From NCBI GenBank assembly GCA_963772365.1, contig CAVYXA010000001.1, positions 160,001-224,000 on the forward strand: 64,000 bases of DNA, written 5' to 3'. The notes below the pieces were generated by a model. That model did not search any database and was not told the DNA's origin. It saw only the letters and a program-made list of their open reading frames with translations. Each line of letters opens with the position of its first letter. Within the stretch, counting starts at the first letter, position 1. The translations under genes were made by a program, and so were the position numbers. The stretch is from an uncultured Verrucomicrobiae bacterium. Lineage in GTDB: Bacteria; Verrucomicrobiota; Verrucomicrobiia; Chthoniobacterales; UBA10450. Shown in pieces: positions 60,697 to 64,000 of the stretch.

Positions 60697-62944
60697 ATGA
60701 AACGAACGCTGGTTTCATTGTCGATCTTCCCGATGTTTCTTGCAGGCAGCTTTGCCGGCCAGATATTTTCGGATCGCGCCGGCGTATCGCCGGGGGATCA
60801 GCGCGCTGCACCGGGATTGATCACAACGGCAGCGGTCAGACCGGATCACATTGTCATCGTGATCATGGAAAATCATTCGTTTGGGCAGATCATTGGTTCA
60901 CCACAGGCTCCGCATATCAATGCCCTGGCCGCGGAAGGGGCCAATATCATCAACGCGCCGTCGGATCCGAATGGAACGCACACTGGTTCGCATGCGGTGC
61001 GTCATCCGAGCCAGCCCAATTACCTGGAGCTATTTTCGGGTAACAATCAGGGGACAATTGGCGATGGACATCCCGGCACACCGTCTGAACCATACACATT
61101 GCCGCCGCCATTCGGACCGGCGAATCTCGGAGCGGCATTGCGACACGCCGGATTCAGTTTCACAAGTTACTGCGAAACTTTGCCTTCGGTTGGCTACGAC
61201 GGCGATAGCGCCGGCGGCTCAAACGGTTATCAACGCAAACATAATCCGGCGGTAAATTGGCAGAGCAGCGATGCCGGGCCGGGTAACAATCATCTGCCGC
61301 TCGAATTAAACCAGCCGTTTTACGAGTTGCCCGGACAACAGGGGACGGGATTTCCGAGTGATTTCAATCTGCTCCCCACGATCTGCATCGTTGTGCCGAA
61401 CCAACTGCACGACATGCACAATGGCAGCATCGCACAGGCCGATGGCTGGTTGTATGACAACATGATTCAGACTTATTACCAATGGGCCAAGACGCATAAC
61501 AGCTTACTCGTTGTCACCTGGGACGAAGACGGAAGTAACACACCATCGAACCAAATCCCGACGATTTTCGCCGGGCCGATGATTCAACCGGGCAATTACA
61601 CTGAGACAGATCTCAACATCGACAACCCATATGTCGGTTTTCCGGGCGATCCCGGTACGCAAACCCCAACTGGCACGGCCATGAACCATTGGAATGTGCT
61701 CTCGACACTTCTCGATCTTTATGGCTTGGCGCACATTGACAGATCGATCAATCGTCCGGCGCTCACGGATATTTTCCTGTCGCCGATGATTATCAATCCC
61801 GTAGTCGCTCCTAATGCACTGGCCGGGAGTCAAGGCGATGCAGGTCATCTCTTTCCGCTATTTTCCAATCAGCCGATTCGTTATCAGCAAGTCTATCGGG
61901 CCTCGGAATTTTCGCGATTCGCATCAGGCGGCGAAATGATCAACAGCATCGCGTTTCGCGCGCGCCTTCCCGGAGTTCCATTCACAGGCTCAATCCCGCA
62001 GCTTCAAGTCAATCTCTCGACCACAAGTAGATCGCCTGACGATCTTTCCAATGTCTTCGCGGAGAACATCGGCGCCGATGATACGCAGGTCTTTTCCGGG
62101 CCGGTTAATGTCGTCGTTACCGACAGCGGTCCACCAAATGGCCCAACGAATTTCGATGTCGTAATTCGCTTTACCACTCCATTCCACTACGATCCGAGTC
62201 AGGGAAACCTGCTCGTTGATATCCGGAGTTTCGAAGGTGGAACGCAGATGCCTCCGATGGATCAGCCGCTCGATGCGACCGATGCAAATGGCGACGCTGT
62301 CTCTCGCGCATTCAATTACGGCGATGCAAATGCCACGACGGCCGGACCTGGCGAGGTTGATACGATTGGCTTGATTACACAATTTGGGACCGATTCCAGC
62401 CCGGCAATCACGCCAGTTCATCTGCTCAACGTTGTGTCGACGAAAACGCACGGAGCCGGCGGCACGTTCGATGTCGATCTTCCGATTTCGGAGACCCCGG
62501 GAATCGAATGCCGATCCGGGGGAGCGAATGGAAATCACGTGATGGTTTTTACTTTCGCCGATACGCTCATGCAGGTCGGTGCGGCTGGCGATCACGAGTG
62601 GAACCGGCAGCGTAATGAGCAGCGAAATCGATAGCGCCGATCCGCACCGGTACATTGTCAATCTCACCGGAGTCGCCAACGCTCAGATAATCACGGTCGC
62701 ACTGATTAATGTGAGCGATTTAGCCGGCAACAGCAGCAGCGTCGTTCCTGTTTCCATGGGCGTGCTTTTGGGTGACACAAACGGGAATGGCAGCGTCAAT
62801 TCCACTGACATCTCGCAGGTGAAATCGCAATCAGGTCAGGCGGTTAACGAAACCAATTTCCGTGACGACTTGAATGTCGAAGGGAGCATCAACAGCAGTG
62901 ACGTCGCGATTGTGAAGTCGAAAGCAGGCACGGGATTGCCTTGA
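60697..62944 (+). CDS. Secreted phosphoesterase (acid phosphatase-like) with C-terminal dockerin-like domain, one frameshift near 62585
   Basis: [28 protein letters not shown] and TWDE motifs; the second frame carries the [13 protein letters not shown] and [12 protein letters not shown] calcium-loop repeats. Confidence 0.85.
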
Positions 62945-63029
62945 GCGCCAAGGGCTGCTGTCTTCCTGCCAGGTAAAAATATTTTTGTTTGAACACGAGC
63001 CCGAGCATGAGCACGGTCACGAAATAATT

Positions 63030-64000
63030 ATGAGCGCGATACGAGTCTTAGTCGGCACCCGCAAAGGAGCTTTCGTCCTTACTTCGGATGCGAAACGCAA
63101 GAAGTGGAAAGTCGAGGGACCGCACTTTGCGGGCTGGGAGATTTATCACATGAAAGGTTCGCCCGTTGATCCGGATCGGATCTACGCATCGCAATCGAGC
63201 GGCTGGTTCGGGCAAATCATTCAACGCTCCGATGACGGTGGCAAGACCTGGCAGACTCCGGGCAGCAGTCCGGAAGAATTGCAGGGTGAGGGTGGAATGG
63301 CCAAAGGCGAGAGCAACAAATTCGTTTACGATGGTATCCCGGGAACGCATCAATGGTACGACGGCACCCAACATCCATGGGAATTCAAGCGCGTCTGGCA
63401 TCTCGAGCCGGGTCTCGACAATCCCGATCACGTTTATGCAGGCGTGGAAGATGCCGCGCTGTTCGAATCGAAAGATGGCGGCACAACATGGAATGAACTT
63501 TCCGGACTTCGCCAACACGATACTGGCCCGCGCTGGCAACCGGGAGCGGGCGGAATGTGTCTTCACACGATTCTGATCGATCCGAAAAATCAAAAGCGAA
63601 TGTTTATCGCGATTTCAGCCGCGGGCGCGTTTCGAACCGACGACGGCGGTAAGAGGTGGAAACCGATCAACAAAGGACTGGTTTCCAATTTCATGCCGAA
63701 CCCGACGGCAGAAGTTGGGCACTGCGTTCACCGCATCGCCTTGCATCCATCGCGGCCCGACACGTTGTTCATGCAAAAACATTGGGATGTGATGCGCAGC
63801 GACGATGCCGGCGATTCGTGGCGCGAAGTCAGCGGAAATTTACCCACCGATTTCGGTTTTCCGATCGACGTGCACGCGCACGAGCCGGAAACGATTTACG
63901 TGGTGCCGATCAAGAGCGACTCCGAGCATTTCCCGCTCGACGGGAAACTGCAGGTTTGGAGAAGCCGAAGCGGCGGAAACAAATGGGACGTGCTTACCAA
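63030..64000 (+). CDS. BNR/Asp-box beta-propeller (sialidase-like glycosyl hydrolase family); 3' end runs off the window
   Basis: Not in the ORF track. [15 protein letters not shown]... with repeated [24 protein letters not shown] and SDDAGDSW Asp-boxes. Confidence 0.9.
   Translation, partial: MSAIRVLVGTRKGAFVLTSDAKRKKWKVEGPHFAGWEIYHMKGSPVDPDRIYASQSSGWFGQIIQRSDDGGKTWQTPGSSPEELQGEGGMAKGESNKFVYDGIPGTHQWYDGTQHPWEFKRVWHLEPGLDNPDHVYAGVEDAALFESKDGGTTWNELSGLRQHDTGPRWQPGAGGMCLHTILIDPKNQKRMFIAISAAGAFRTDDGGKRWKPINKGLVSNFMPNPTAEVGHCVHRIALHPSRPDTLFMQKHWDVMRSDDAGDSWREVSGNLPTDFGFPIDVHAHEPETIYVVPIKSDSEHFPLDGKLQVWRSRSGGNKWDVLT

Noticed and set aside
63048..63593. Minus-strand 181-aa ORF and the many other antisense ORFs in the track
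   Set aside because: They are shadows of well-supported genes on the opposite strand or in another frame.
1..64000. CRISPR array, tRNA, rRNA, integrase or transposase
   Set aside because: No regularly spaced repeat-spacer array, no cloverleaf around the GTTCGA hits I checked (near 30966 and 56730), and no recombinase or transposase motifs were recognised.

Overview
Bacterial chromosome segment of about 55% GC (estimated by eye). Gene content and protein style suggest a soil Verrucomicrobium of the Chthoniobacterales / 'Ca. Udaeobacter' type; this is an inference, not a database result. Housekeeping genes include nadE, fabI, a treS-maltokinase fusion, moeB, rpmI, the SRP RNA ffs, ndh, ybeY, clpS, coaE, rho, rnd and pepT. 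Four accessory modules stand out. (1) An AhpD/CMD-like gene is split by an in-frame TGA in a CPF-U motif and followed by a bacterial SECIS-like hairpin, so it is a probable selenoprotein (52.2-52.8 kb). (2) A three-gene operon encodes a probable substrate protein, a truncated ATP-grasp and a full RimK/MvdD-like ATP-grasp (38.9-41.5 kb). It sits between toxin-antitoxin remnants and is followed by a tandem lipoprotein pair. (3) Three FecR-domain exported proteins, two with long beta-helix-like repeat regions and a shared C-terminal motif, precede an outer-membrane beta-barrel gene (13.5-22.7 kb). (4) An ArsR-led DUF899/VOC/SRPBCC/GFA/SnoaL operon has a palindromic operator. Many genes carry single-base frameshifts, very densely at 22.2-26.8 kb, which look like sequencing or assembly indels rather than true decay. 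Several REP-like palindromes occur between genes. No CRISPR array, tRNA, rRNA, integrase or transposase was recognised.
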